Source: a virus
Lineage: Duplodnaviria; Caudoviricetes
Direction: 5' to 3' (one strand)
Virus record (IMG/VR): IMGVR_UViG_3300013121_000017
Location: 128,001 to 192,000 of that record
Length of the DNA stretch: 64,000 nt
A program made the position numbers and the translations under genes. Positions within the stretch are counted from its first letter, which is position 1. Each line of letters opens with the position of its first letter. Shown here piece after piece: positions 9,631 to 18,805 of this stretch. A model generated the notes under the pieces. It ran no database searches, was not told where the DNA came from, and saw only the letters and a list, made by a program, of their open reading frames with translations.

Positions 9631-11904
9631 TCAAATCAAGGTGCAGCTTCCTCCTGAACACGCCCATTCTTGCATGGGCTTCGTCGTGTCTTCCTCCTCG
9701 ACCATCGCGGTGTAGTCCACGTCCTTGTAGGTGCGGGAAAGCTCGCACCACGTCCGCCAGTTCTCGACTTCCTTCATGGCGTAGGTCAACTGCTTGACAT
9801 CGCCATCGAAGTAATCGTTGGCCAGCGTCTTGGCGTTCTCAATCCAGTCGATCTGGTGTCTGTAGCTCTTCAGCAGCGACTCGTACACATCCATAGCGAT
9901 GTGTCGATCCTCGATGTAAAGGTGGTCGTCGCTCGCTGGCGGGACCGGCTCCGTCAACGGCTTGCCAAAGCCCAGAAGCGAAGAGCAGGCGTCATGCAGC
10001 GTGTTGAACGACAGTTTGGCCTTCTCGATCATGCCGTCGAGGAACAGGCTGCCGGGGCCGTACATCTTCGCGATCTCGGTGTGCGTGTGGACGATGCACA
10101 TGGGAGCCTGCGGGAAGTCCAGATCGCCGGTGTGCGACAACAGACTGATGCCTGCGAAATACTGGCGGTTGTCGTAGATGTACCGCGCAACGGTATCCCA
10201 CTCGTCGTCTTCGACCGTGATCGTGTTGCTGACGTTGTGCATGAGCCACGGCTTCGTGCAGCGGTCCTTGACCCTGCCCGCCGCAACCCAATTCTGCTGC
10301 GTCAACTTGACGTAGTCCAGCAGTTCGCACGCCTTCATGTTGTTCTTGGTCTTTGCCCCGTCTTCGACCTCGACACAGAAGGTCACGATCTCGTCGGTAG
10401 CCTTCCAGACGCTCTGCTCGACGGCCTGTGGGTTGACGGTCTTGAAGAACTGAAGCACTGGCTCCAGCTTGTTGCCCTGTGCGCGACGAAGGTAACGCTT
10501 GGCGTGGTGGGGGTGGACGCCACTGGCGGTCCCCAGGACGCAAGAAGCCGTTCCAGACGGCTTCACGCAGGTCGCACGGGCGGTGGGGTTCACACCGATG
10601 CGTGGTGCGATGTCGGCATTGACCTTGATGATCAGACGAGCCATCTCACGCTGAAGCTCGGGATCGAAAGCAATCTCGGGATGGTCCATCATGCCGGTGA
10701 TAGACACACCGAGAAGGGCTTCCTTGTCCACGATTCGCTTGCTGACGGGGCCGAGGTACTCGAAGTCCGTGTAGCCTGCTTGGCATGTGCCAATGATGGC
10801 TGCGGCACGGGCGGCGATCTCGAAGTCGGCCTTCGTCTTCAGCTTCTTGCCGTTAATCTCACACAGGTTGCAGAAGTGCCAGCCGCTGTTGCCGAACTCG
10901 TCGTAGCCGTACAGGCCGATTTCGACACACGGGTTGTACAGAGCTTCTTCGTCTTCCACCCAGATGAAACCGGGTTCACCGAACTGGCGGACGGACGAGA
11001 TCAGCGCATGGAAATCTTCCCACTTGACCTTGTTACGCACCAGCACAGCCGAGTTATTGCTGCGACCACGCTGCGGGTTCTCGGCCATCCAGTTGCCGGT
11101 CTTGGACTTGATCATCTCCATGTCATCGAACGAAAACATGCAGAGAGTCGCTGACCGACGCACGCCGCCGGAAAGAACTGCATCACTGGCGTGCATGACG
11201 ATGTCATAGGCGTCGATGGGACGAAGACGCTTGCGGCCCTCGCCAACGAGCTTGTTCAGCAGGCCGCGAATCAGTTGCAGCGATTCGCGTAGGGGGTCTG
11301 GGCCAGGAGCCTTACCGACACCGGATGCCAGGACGCTGCCCTTCTTGCGGATCAGACTGAAGTCGAAAACGACTTCGGCCCCGGCCCACTCGGGGAAGTC
11401 CGGGTGCGGCATGTACGTCGCCAGCAGGATGCCTAGAGCGTCGGGCCAGCCTTCGATGGTGTCGGGGATCTGGAATACCAGCTTGCCCTTCGGGAAGCTC
11501 AGGTCGGCGTGGAAATCAGGTATCTTGGCGACGTGGTGCTTCTGCACAGAGAAGCCACAGCCGCAGCCGCACAAAAGCAGCCAGAACGCTTCTTGGAAGA
11601 AGCGAACGCGGTCGCAGTAGGATGCAGTGCAGTTATAGAGGCGAGCGTTCTTCTTCTCAATCGGCTCGCCGCCGAACTGCAACGCGCGTTGTGAACCGAG
11701 AACTCGCTTGGGGCGAACTTGGTCGAACGCCCACTTGATTTCCTTGGCGATTTGGGGGTAGCGTCTGAGGTGCATTTCCTCGACGCGGGATACCGCTTCA
11801 AACCATGTTTCGCGGCGTTTCGCGGCCTTGTTATGCCGTGCGTATTTGCTCCAGTAGGTGTAGTCTTGCAGTGCCTTCAACGACATGATACCAGTCTCCT
11901 TCAT
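9631..11904 (-). CDS. nrdJ: ribonucleotide reductase, probably class II (B12-dependent)
   Basis: YNC, GGVRRSA, NPCVEI, CNLCE, TCVKPSGT, C-terminal CSGGSC; no nrdB in window. Confidence 0.85.
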   Translation of the reverse strand: MKETGIMSLKALQDYTYWSKYARHNKAAKRRETWFEAVSRVEEMHLRRYPQIAKEIKWAFDQVRPKRVLGSQRALQFGGEPIEKKNARLYNCTASYCDRVRFFQEAFWLLLCGCGCGFSVQKHHVAKIPDFHADLSFPKGKLVFQIPDTIEGWPDALGILLATYMPHPDFPEWAGAEVVFDFSLIRKKGSVLASGVGKAPGPDPLRESLQLIRGLLNKLVGEGRKRLRPIDAYDIVMHASDAVLSGGVRRSATLCMFSFDDMEMIKSKTGNWMAENPQRGRSNNSAVLVRNKVKWEDFHALISSVRQFGEPGFIWVEDEEALYNPCVEIGLYGYDEFGNSGWHFCNLCEINGKKLKTKADFEIAARAAAIIGTCQAGYTDFEYLGPVSKRIVDKEALLGVSITGMMDHPEIAFDPELQREMARLIIKVNADIAPRIGVNPTARATCVKPSGTASCVLGTASGVHPHHAKRYLRRAQGNKLEPVLQFFKTVNPQAVEQSVWKATDEIVTFCVEVEDGAKTKNNMKACELLDYVKLTQQNWVAAGRVKDRCTKPWLMHNVSNTITVEDDEWDTVARYIYDNRQYFAGISLLSHTGDLDFPQAPMCIVHTHTEIAKMYGPGSLFLDGMIEKAKLSFNTLHDACSSLLGFGKPLTEPVPPASDDHLYIEDRHIAMDVYESLLKSYRHQIDWIENAKTLANDYFDGDVKQLTYAMKEVENWRTWCELSRTYKDVDYTAMVEEEDTTKPMQEWACSGGSCTLI

Positions 11905-11999
11905 GCTCTTAGATTTCGAGGGACGGTATCTAAGAGGGGGCGGTCAATTTTTGGGGTTATTATGTCACTCAGCCGAGGCAGCTTGAGCGAACACTTGTG

Positions 12000-14021
12000 T
12001 TAAGCCTCAGCGAGGCTAGACGTTCCGTCTTTCATTTCCAGCCAGATCGTGTCACAACCACTGAGAAGGGACAGTAGATCATGATCGTGGGTCGTGACGA
12101 AAACTTGTTTGTCCTTCGACATCTCACAGATCATGTTGTAGATCCCCTGCACACCGATGGGGTCGATGTTGGTCGTGACCTCGTCAAGGAACACCACTGA
12201 CGGGCTGGACCCTGTATTTAGGGTCTGGATGTGGGCAAATGCCTGAGAGACAGACAAATTGAGCCGACGCCGCTGTCCGTTCGACAGGACGTGATAGAGG
12301 AACGCAGTCCCGTCTGGCGGGTTGCGTTCAATGCGATCTTCCAACTGGTCGTTGAAAGTCAGTGTCAACTTGTTGTCAATCAGATACTGCAACCAGTACG
12401 CGACCCTGGAGTTGAGCGCGGGTACGATGCCCGAGACAACGTAGCGACGGATGCCGTTGTCGCCGAAAGCCTTGATCCAGTAGTCGAGGTATGGCTGATC
12501 GTCCTCACACTGCTTGATTTCCTTTTCCTTGGTTTCACAGGCTTCCTTCTTGTCGGTCAGATCCTGTGTGGCGTCAGCGAGAATCTGTTCGTAAGGACTG
12601 ACGCCTTCCAGTTCTTCCTTGCGTTGAAGGATCTGTTGCTGGGCCTGCTCGATCTTCTGTTGGAGCAATGCGATCTTCTTGTCGATGTCGGGCTTGGGAA
12701 CCGCCGCAAGACGGCGGACTTCCCGCTTCAACTCGTTGACTTCCTCCTGTGCCGTGTCGAGTTTGTTCTTGGCTTCACTGAGCTTTGCCCGCATCAGATG
12801 CACTTGCTTCGTCTTGGCCTCATGCTTGCTCTTGAAGTCCTCTGCCTTGGTTTTGGCTTCCAGGGCGGCAGCCTCAAGCTCGGCGATGGACTTCTCAAGC
12901 TCGTCGGTGACGTGTGTGCAATTCGCCTCGTCAACAGTTCCGTAGCAAGTCGGGCATTTCGAGCCGGCGCGTTCGCGAAGATCCTTCAACTCCATCCGCT
13001 GATGGCCGGCATCATTCTGGTTCGACTGCATCACCTGAACGGCTTGCTTGAAGGCCAGAGCCAGCGTCCCTTCGTCCTGAAGAATCTGGTGGTACTGTTC
13101 CGTACCAGCGTCGATGATGGCGGCGATCTTGGTGACCCTGGCTTCCTTCTCTTGCAGCTTCTCTTCCGCTGCGGGAAGGGCTTCCTGGGCTTCCTGATAC
13201 GCCAGGGCCGCTTTGCCGGCGTCGGAGGAAGCTATGTCTTCCTTGGTCTTGCCGATGAAGTCTGAGAGAGTTTTGATTTCACTCAGCTTCTTCACCCGCC
13301 AATCCTTGGTCTGGCGTTGGATTTCGGCGACCCGGACGGTCATGGTGTCGCGGTCGTGGATGAGCAACTCGTATTCGCGCGACAGCAGTTTGAGCTTGTC
13401 CTTGTTGGCCTTGGACATTGCCTTCGCGTTCTCGGAGTATTCCCGATACTTGTCGAGCGACAGCAGGTTCTCAACGATACACCGCTTGGCTGGTGTGTCG
13501 CATTCGAGGAAGGCATTGCTGTTGTCGTCGGTGAAGACGACGACGTTGACGAACGTCTCGTAAGACATGCCAACGATGTCTTCGATGGCTTTCTGCGTGG
13601 CCGGCATGCCGCCGAGGGTGAGTTCGGTAGCGTCGTTCCAGTTGCCCTCTGCACTACGCCAGAGTCGCAACGAGTCTGGCTTGCGTGTGCGAACAACGCG
13701 ATAGTCGTCCCATCGAACCTCGACGTAGAGTTTCTTGCCGGTCTTGTTGTGGATCACGTCGCCGTGACCGATCTTCTTCGGACGCTTGATCGTCTTGCCG
13801 AACAGACCGTAGACGATGAGTTCTGGAACAGAACTCTTGCCAGCCCCGTTGCTTGATTCCTTCGCAGCGGCTGCCTCTTCGTCCCCGGACGCGGACACGT
13901 CAAGGTTTCGGCCCCGGATCAACACAATGTTGCCGAGGTTCTCGAAGTTGATCTCAAGCCCTTCATCGCCAAAGCAAAGAAAGTTCTTCGCCTTGACGTA
14001 TTTGAAAACATGTTTCTTCAT
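12000..14021 (-). CDS. SbcC/Rad50-like recombination ATPase (T4 gp46-like)
   Basis: NGAGKSS Walker A, coiled coil with CPTC hook, LSNGQ signature, FLDE Walker B. Confidence 0.93.
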   Translation of the reverse strand: MKKHVFKYVKAKNFLCFGDEGLEINFENLGNIVLIRGRNLDVSASGDEEAAAAKESSNGAGKSSVPELIVYGLFGKTIKRPKKIGHGDVIHNKTGKKLYVEVRWDDYRVVRTRKPDSLRLWRSAEGNWNDATELTLGGMPATQKAIEDIVGMSYETFVNVVVFTDDNSNAFLECDTPAKRCIVENLLSLDKYREYSENAKAMSKANKDKLKLLSREYELLIHDRDTMTVRVAEIQRQTKDWRVKKLSEIKTLSDFIGKTKEDIASSDAGKAALAYQEAQEALPAAEEKLQEKEARVTKIAAIIDAGTEQYHQILQDEGTLALAFKQAVQVMQSNQNDAGHQRMELKDLRERAGSKCPTCYGTVDEANCTHVTDELEKSIAELEAAALEAKTKAEDFKSKHEAKTKQVHLMRAKLSEAKNKLDTAQEEVNELKREVRRLAAVPKPDIDKKIALLQQKIEQAQQQILQRKEELEGVSPYEQILADATQDLTDKKEACETKEKEIKQCEDDQPYLDYWIKAFGDNGIRRYVVSGIVPALNSRVAYWLQYLIDNKLTLTFNDQLEDRIERNPPDGTAFLYHVLSNGQRRRLNLSVSQAFAHIQTLNTGSSPSVVFLDEVTTNIDPIGVQGIYNMICEMSKDKQVFVTTHDHDLLSLLSGCDTIWLEMKDGTSSLAEA

Positions 14022-14029
14022 GCCAAGCC

Positions 14030-14743
14030 CTAGCCTTTAATCGCCGATGAAGGTTCGGTAGACATAGTCTTCTTTTCAGGCTTCGTTGTCAACAAGGGTT
14101 TTCCCGGTTTGACGATAGAGCCTAAAACCCCCACCTTCTTCGATTCTGGTTTATCAAGACCAACGGCAGTCAACCGCTTCAAGCTCCTGGGGTCTGCATA
14201 GTAGTCATCCGTCTGATGGGCGTCGTAAACGGGCATGAATTCGACGGATGACAGAGCGGAACGAAACCAGGGGAAGAACTCGGTGAAGTAGCTGACGAGG
14301 TTCAACTCAAAGTACGGCGGCTTCAGGCCAAGTCCGAATGACATTTCCGCGACACGATGAAGCATGTCGATCAAGTCAGCCGGCGCAGCCCAGAAATCCT
14401 CGTACACTGGCGATTTGCCTGAAAACGGCTGTTGGCCCCGAGCCATGCCGCCACGCTCAATCACCGCGAACTTTTCCGCTGCCGCCTCGAATACGGCGGC
14501 GGGGTCCGACTGAAAACGAACATGCGGGGCCGCGTACAGGAAAACCCCGTCCAATTTCGCCAGTTGTGCCAACACATTGCCTTCGTACAGGATGAATTTT
14601 ACCCCCTCGCCATCGAGAGGGACTGTAGACAGGACGAGAATGTCCGCCTTGCCTTTGTGTTGGCTGACTGATTCTAGCCAGCGTTTTCCATGAGCGATCC
14701 AAGTGTCCTTGGTGAAGGCTCCGACGATGTAATTTTTGTTCAA
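14030..14743 (-). CDS. hypothetical protein
   Basis: 237-aa ORF between gp47 and gp46. Confidence 0.65.
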   Translation of the reverse strand: MNKNYIVGAFTKDTWIAHGKRWLESVSQHKGKADILVLSTVPLDGEGVKFILYEGNVLAQLAKLDGVFLYAAPHVRFQSDPAAVFEAAAEKFAVIERGGMARGQQPFSGKSPVYEDFWAAPADLIDMLHRVAEMSFGLGLKPPYFELNLVSYFTEFFPWFRSALSSVEFMPVYDAHQTDDYYADPRSLKRLTAVGLDKPESKKVGVLGSIVKPGKPLLTTKPEKKTMSTEPSSAIKG

Positions 14744-15807
14744 GCTGCCTCTTCGTGTTCGATGATCTTCTTGCCGAAATCAAGCAATCGCGGCTCGGCC
14801 AGACCCTCGCAACCGGCCTCTTTGATGTACCGTTCTAGCATCTTGTCTTCCGACTGAAGGATGGCGAGGGCGTCCTGTATTACATGAGTGTCCTCTTCAA
14901 CCTTCCTGTGCAGTTGACGGACATTGACCGTGGCAGCACCCTTGGCAGACAAAAGCTCTCTTCGGAGCTTTGCCACATCCACCGCCGACATGTCGTCACA
15001 AATTAACGTGACGAACGCCCCCTTCAAGTCGTACTTGTCAAGCTGGTCGGCTCGCAAGTAGTAGTGTTTGGGGCTGAAGTCGTTTTCGACGTACTCCTTG
15101 TCGCCAGTCTCGCAATCGAGGATGATGACGTGCTTGTCCTGAAACGCCTCGCCGAAGCTCAACTGAAGCGGGCTGCCGATGTACTCGACCTTGCCGTTCA
15201 GGATCTGCGACGAGTGGTAGTGGCCCAGGAAGGTGTATTCGTAGCGGTCAAACAACTTCGCCGACACAGGGACCATCTCGCCGTCGTGTTCGATCACCAC
15301 GTCAGAAATGGTTCCAGCAGAGTTCAGCTTCGCACCATCGATGGACAGGTGGCCCAGGCAGTATTTCGCCGGCTCGTCGTATTCGCCGAGGGTTTCCAGG
15401 GCGGTGATGGGGTCGTGCGTGAATGGAATGAAATCCCACTTCACGCCGCCGACAGTGCGGCGTTCGATGCCGTCGATGATGAAGACGCCGGGGAGAGACT
15501 GGAAGGGGGTGACGCTGCTGACCGATGTGCAGTCGTTGTACCACAGGTCGTGGTTGCCGAGCAAAAGATAGAACTTCACCTTGCCGGTGCAGTTCTTACG
15601 CAGCACCTCGTAGACCTTCGTGTACGTCAACACGTCGATCTTGCTGCGGTCGTGAAGGAGATCGCCACCAAAGAGGATCTCGTCAATGTTGTTCTTCCGC
15701 GCAACCTGAAACACCCAGTCCAGGCATTCAAGACAATCCTTGAGGCGGTCGGCTTTCTTCTTGTGCGGGTGAACGTGAACATCTGAGAACAGCAGAATCT
15801 TCGACAT
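14740..15807 (-). CDS. SbcD/Mre11-like nuclease (T4 gp47-like)
   Basis: SDVH, GGDL, GNHD, GHYH metallophosphoesterase motifs; start MSKILLFSD at 15807. Confidence 0.93.
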   Translation of the reverse strand: MSKILLFSDVHVHPHKKKADRLKDCLECLDWVFQVARKNNIDEILFGGDLLHDRSKIDVLTYTKVYEVLRKNCTGKVKFYLLLGNHDLWYNDCTSVSSVTPFQSLPGVFIIDGIERRTVGGVKWDFIPFTHDPITALETLGEYDEPAKYCLGHLSIDGAKLNSAGTISDVVIEHDGEMVPVSAKLFDRYEYTFLGHYHSSQILNGKVEYIGSPLQLSFGEAFQDKHVIILDCETGDKEYVENDFSPKHYYLRADQLDKYDLKGAFVTLICDDMSAVDVAKLRRELLSAKGAATVNVRQLHRKVEEDTHVIQDALAILQSEDKMLERYIKEAGCEGLAEPRLLDFGKKIIEHEEAA

Positions 15808-16318
15808 CTTCCTTCTCCCAAGTGACTTTGTACGGCAGAGGCCCGAACTTGAGTTCCGCATAGTGCCAGATGTTGCACACCTTGCAGAGGATTTCCAAGT
15901 CCTCGATGCTACGCTCGCCGGTCAAAATCTTCTGGTAGAAGACTTGACTCTTTCGACCGACTTCTTTCAATCCGCCGCCGTTTTTGTGGTTGATCTCCAG
16001 CAACTCGATTCGATCACAGCCGCATCGCACACATCGAAGAGCGGCATCAACAGCCTGCAAAACGCGAAGACGCCGACGCCTGTTGTGCGCACGCCAACTC
16101 TCTTCGTACTTTTCTGGATTCTTGGCTTTCCACCGTCGCATGCTCTCTTGGTCGCGATCTCGGTGCTTCTTCCGCCAAGCCAATCGGTAGGCTAATCGGC
16201 ACTGACGACAGGAAGAATCCTTGCCGTCTTTGGCCTTCTTGTTTTTGTTGAACTGGTCCAGCAGCAAAATCTGCTGGCAGGTGTGACACGTCTTTTCCAT
16301 GACGTATTGTAGCGACAT
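15728..16318 (-). CDS. HNH-like homing endonuclease
   Basis: CHTC/CRQC zinc motifs, CVRCGC...EINHKNGGG...LCKVCN. Confidence 0.8.
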   Translation of the reverse strand: MSLQYVMEKTCHTCQQILLLDQFNKNKKAKDGKDSSCRQCRLAYRLAWRKKHRDRDQESMRRWKAKNPEKYEESWRAHNRRRRLRVLQAVDAALRCVRCGCDRIELLEINHKNGGGLKEVGRKSQVFYQKILTGERSIEDLEILCKVCNIWHYAELKFGPLPYKVTWEKEDVEDSAVLRCSRSPAQEESRPPQGLS

Positions 16319-16328
16319 CCGCGACAGA

Positions 16329-16364
16329 AACGTGAATGTCGCTGACGAGCAGGACTTTTGACAT
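16329..16364 (-). pseudogene. orphan 5' fragment of the gp47-like gene
   Basis: GGAGGT SD then MSKVLLVSDIHV, paralogous to MSKILLFSDVHV. Confidence 0.65.
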
Positions 16365-16469
16365 TGGGACTACCTCCGACAAATAGATGAAAGATGGACT
16401 TGAAGATCCCCCTTCATCATACCGTCTTAAAGAAAGAAGGGTTCGATGTCAAGTCGAACCCTTCTGAGG

Positions 16470-16763
16470 CTATCCCTGTTTGTTCTGTCCGCCCGCTCCG
16501 CTGAGGTACTTTTCGAGTACGTCCCAGACGTTGGTGGACTTGAGTTTCTGCGGTCCTTGACCGCCTGCCCCTCCTGGCGCACCAGGGGGACCGCCCATGC
16601 CGCCACCGGGCGGCGGGCCACCCATAGGAGGACCACCCATAGGTGGACCACCGGGCGGCGGGCCACCAGCAGGTGGACCACCGGGAGGTGGTGCTGCTCC
16701 ACCGGGCGGCGCGGCGTCTTCCATCAGCTTCATCAGGTTCAGGTATTGGCCAAAGGACTTCAT
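16470..16763 (-). CDS. small Gly/Pro-rich protein
   Basis: MKSFGQYL start, GGPP repeats, TACATA box 5 nt upstream. Confidence 0.75.
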   Translation of the reverse strand: MKSFGQYLNLMKLMEDAAPPGGAAPPPGGPPAGGPPPGGPPMGGPPMGGPPPGGGMGGPPGAPGGAGGQGPQKLKSTNVWDVLEKYLSGAGGQNKQG

Positions 16764-16881
16764 GCCCTTATGTAGCGAAGAAAAATCGGAATCCGCGCGA
16801 ACATTCCTGACCCGGCCAGCGTCATAGAAGAGGACGCCGACGAGGCCCGCCGACTTTTTTTCGGAAAAACGGTGAGGCCAC

Positions 16882-16912
16882 TTGACGAGAAAAGAAATCG
16901 GCGTACTATATA
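16882..16912 (+). promoter_or_regulatory. promoter of the tRNA operon (sigma70-like, overlapping a TATATA box)
   Basis: TTGACG 16882-16887, TACTAT 16904-16909. Confidence 0.65.
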
Positions 16913-16969
16913 AGGTAACGCGGCAGAGGCTGCGGAATTTTCACCAACACAGAATTAGACAACACGACC

Positions 16970-17059
16970 ATGCACGTTTTCTCACTCAGTCTGTTTAGCT
17001 TGTCGTTGTCGTCCCTTTATCTGGGACGAGACGCTGGTTCTACGGACATGAGTGGGTGA
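16970..17059 (+). CDS. attenuator leader peptide MHVFSLSLFSLSLSSLYLGRDAGSTDMSG
   Basis: 15 consecutive F/S/L/Y codons upstream of a terminator and a Leu/Ser/Tyr/Phe tRNA array. Confidence 0.8.
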   Translation: MHVFSLSLFSLSLSSLYLGRDAGSTDMSG

Positions 17060-17085
17060 ACAAAAACACCACACGACTGAAACCC

Positions 17086-17129
17086 GAAGACCCGCGTCAT
17101 CAGACTGAAGACGCGGGTCTTTTTGTTTT
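17086..17129 (+). terminator. attenuator terminator (3:4 hairpin)
   Basis: GAAGACCCGCGTC/GACGCGGGTCTTT stem followed by a T-rich tract. Confidence 0.85.
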
Positions 17130-17144
17130 CATGGGGGTGCTTCG

Positions 17145-17480
17145 ATGTGGTTCAAGAGGTCGATCAGGATCTTGGTGAACGAGGGCAAGCGGGACGAGGC
17201 CAACTACAAGTTGTGCTTGAAGTTCCACATCAGCATGGCACATGCTGACGACATCATCAGGGAACTGGACCAGTACCAGTGGCATGTACGCCGAATCCCA
17301 GGAATGGACGACTTCATCAAGAAGACGCTGGCGGGTGATCCGAAGGCGTTGGTGACGGTTGTAAAGCGAATCAGGGAAGTGACTGCTTGGGGCTTGCTGG
17401 AATGCAAGCTGTACATGGAGGACGTAACGAAGGGCTTGAAGCCGTGGCCGGTCCCGCTCAATGAAGAGGGGGAAAATTGA
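17145..17480 (+). CDS. protein with ribosomal L7/L12 C-terminal-like motif
   Basis: VVKRIREVTAWGLLECKLYME resembles [20 protein letters not shown]. Confidence 0.6.
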   Translation: MWFKRSIRILVNEGKRDEANYKLCLKFHISMAHADDIIRELDQYQWHVRRIPGMDDFIKKTLAGDPKALVTVVKRIREVTAWGLLECKLYMEDVTKGLKPWPVPLNEEGEN

Positions 17481-17647
17481 AGAAGGTCACGGACGAAGAG
17501 ACGAAGTCATGGATGACGAACCGCGACAAGAAGATGCAGCCGAAGCCCGGCATGTTCTGGTGTGACTGCGATTGCAATCACGTCTGGGCATGGAAGAAGT
17601 GTGAACTGTGTCGGCGGCGAGTTGGCCGGCGGCGGTTCAAGAAGTGA
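17477..17647 (+). CDS. small Cys-rich (zinc-ribbon) protein
   Basis: TTG start, 56 aa, WCDCDC...CELC. Confidence 0.5.
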   Translation: MKKVTDEETKSWMTNRDKKMQPKPGMFWCDCDCNHVWAWKKCELCRRRVGRRRFKK

Positions 17648-17649
17648 TT

Positions 17650-17733
17650 GCGGGAGTGGCGGAACTGGTAGACGCGCAAGCCTCAGAAGCTTGTGGCCGC
17701 AAGGCCGTGTGGGTTCGAGTCCCACCTCCCGCA
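17650..17733 (+). tRNA. tRNA-Leu(CAG)
   Basis: cloverleaf, loop CTCAGAA, long variable arm. Confidence 0.95.
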
Positions 17734-17741
17734 CTGACAAG

Positions 17742-17772
17742 CTCGACTCTGTCGAGTCTGTTCTTTGACAAC
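17742..17772 (+). promoter_or_regulatory. boxA-like antitermination site with preceding hairpin
   Basis: CTCGAC-TCT-GTCGAG hairpin then TGTTCTTTGACAAC. Confidence 0.6.
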
Positions 17773-17877
17773 TGGGTGAGACAACAAAACGGTCCAGGGT
17801 CGTCAAGGTCCGGGCTAGATAGACGGGGGTGCTACCCCCGCACTACAACCCTGATCTTGACGATCCAAAGGACTGGC

Positions 17878-18132
17878 ATGAACATGAACGTTTGGTACGA
17901 GTACAAGAGGATGAAGGACGCTTTCCCTATGGGAACAGAAGTCATCCTGCGGCTGAAACCAATCGAAGAATACTTCGAGTTGATTTGGGCTGCCGATGCG
18001 GTTGGAAGAGTGATCGGGTACAATATCCACAAGTCACTCGTCATCGTGGAATTCGACAACGGAGCAGTGATGCACGTTGGAATGAAACTTCTCGAAAAGA
18101 CCGCGAACCTGATGCTTGATATGGAGATCTAG
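17878..18132 (+). CDS. hypothetical protein (paralog of 21716..21949)
   Basis: shared W...KxMKxxFPxG and VIGY motifs. Confidence 0.65.
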   Translation: MNMNVWYEYKRMKDAFPMGTEVILRLKPIEEYFELIWAADAVGRVIGYNIHKSLVIVEFDNGAVMHVGMKLLEKTANLMLDMEI

Positions 18133-18245
18133 TCATGTACCAACAAGAGTTCTCCAACGGCGACACCCATACGCCGTGGTTAATGTTCCTCATCGTCCTG
18201 ATCGCACTGTCGTGTGGTTTCGGACTGATGTTACTTGGGTGATAT

Positions 18246-18329
18246 GCCGAGATGGCGGAACTGGTAGACGCAGCAGACTCAAAATCTGCCGCTCGAAAGA
18301 GCGTGAGGGTTCGACTCCCTCTCTCGGCA
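18246..18329 (+). tRNA. tRNA-Leu(CAA)
   Basis: cloverleaf, loop CTCAAAA. Confidence 0.95.
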
Positions 18330-18331
18330 CT

Positions 18332-18481
18332 GGTCGGATGACAGTAGGACTACATTGCAAAACTGCTGGCCGAAAGGCCGTTCGGGTGCAAGTCCCGACG
18401 CTGCTCGCAAGGGTGGTGTGGTGAAACAGCAGACACGGCAGTCAGGGGAAACCCATGAAGTCTTGCGACTTTTTGCCGACC
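18332..18481 (+). ncRNA. YrlA/Y-RNA-like permuted tRNA mimic
   Basis: GGTCGG/CCGACC terminal stem; variable arm and T arm precede a GCAA-closed acceptor stem, then the D arm. Confidence 0.75.
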
Positions 18482-18486
18482 TAAAT

Positions 18487-18570
18487 GCGGATGTGATGGA
18501 ACTGGTAGACTTCCAAGGTTGAGAGCCTTGGGCCTTTAGTGGCGTGTGGGTTCGAGTCCCACCATCCGCA
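18487..18570 (+). tRNA. tRNA-Leu(GAG)
   Basis: cloverleaf, loop TTGAGAG. Confidence 0.92.
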
Positions 18571-18576
18571 CTGCTT

Positions 18577-18658
18577 GTATCGGTTGGGCATTGGCAAGCC
18601 CCCCTGGCTGTAACCCAGGTGCTTTCGAGCTTTAGAGGTTCGACTCCTCTCCGATACA
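18577..18658 (+). tRNA. tRNA-Tyr(GTA)
   Basis: cloverleaf, loop CTGTAAC. Confidence 0.92.
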
Positions 18659-18660
18659 CT

Positions 18661-18718
18661 CGACCGGGCCTGGATGCCCAACGGATTGGTGCGGGTTCGA
18701 TTCCCAAGCCGGTCGCCA
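18661..18718 (+). other. truncated tRNA-like element
   Basis: CGACCGG/CCGGTCG stem, GGG-TTCGATT-CCC T arm and CCA end; no full D or anticodon arm. Confidence 0.5.
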
Positions 18719-18720
18719 AC

Positions 18721-18802
18721 GGGTGAGATGTTCCAATGGTGGGACACCAGACTGTAAATCTGGCGCGTTTACGCACGGTGGGTTCGATCCCCACCTCACC
18801 CA
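18721..18802 (+). tRNA. tRNA-Tyr(GTA)
   Basis: cloverleaf, loop CTGTAAA. Confidence 0.92.
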
Positions 18803-18805
18803 CTT

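Noticed and set aside
9631-11904. Intein or intron in the RNR gene
   Set aside because: The ORF is continuous with normal motif spacing, and the endonucleases lie outside it.
17795-17853. CAGGGT/ACCCTG stem with CGGGGG/CCCCCG hairpin
   Set aside because: It may be a tRNA remnant, but there is too little to assign.
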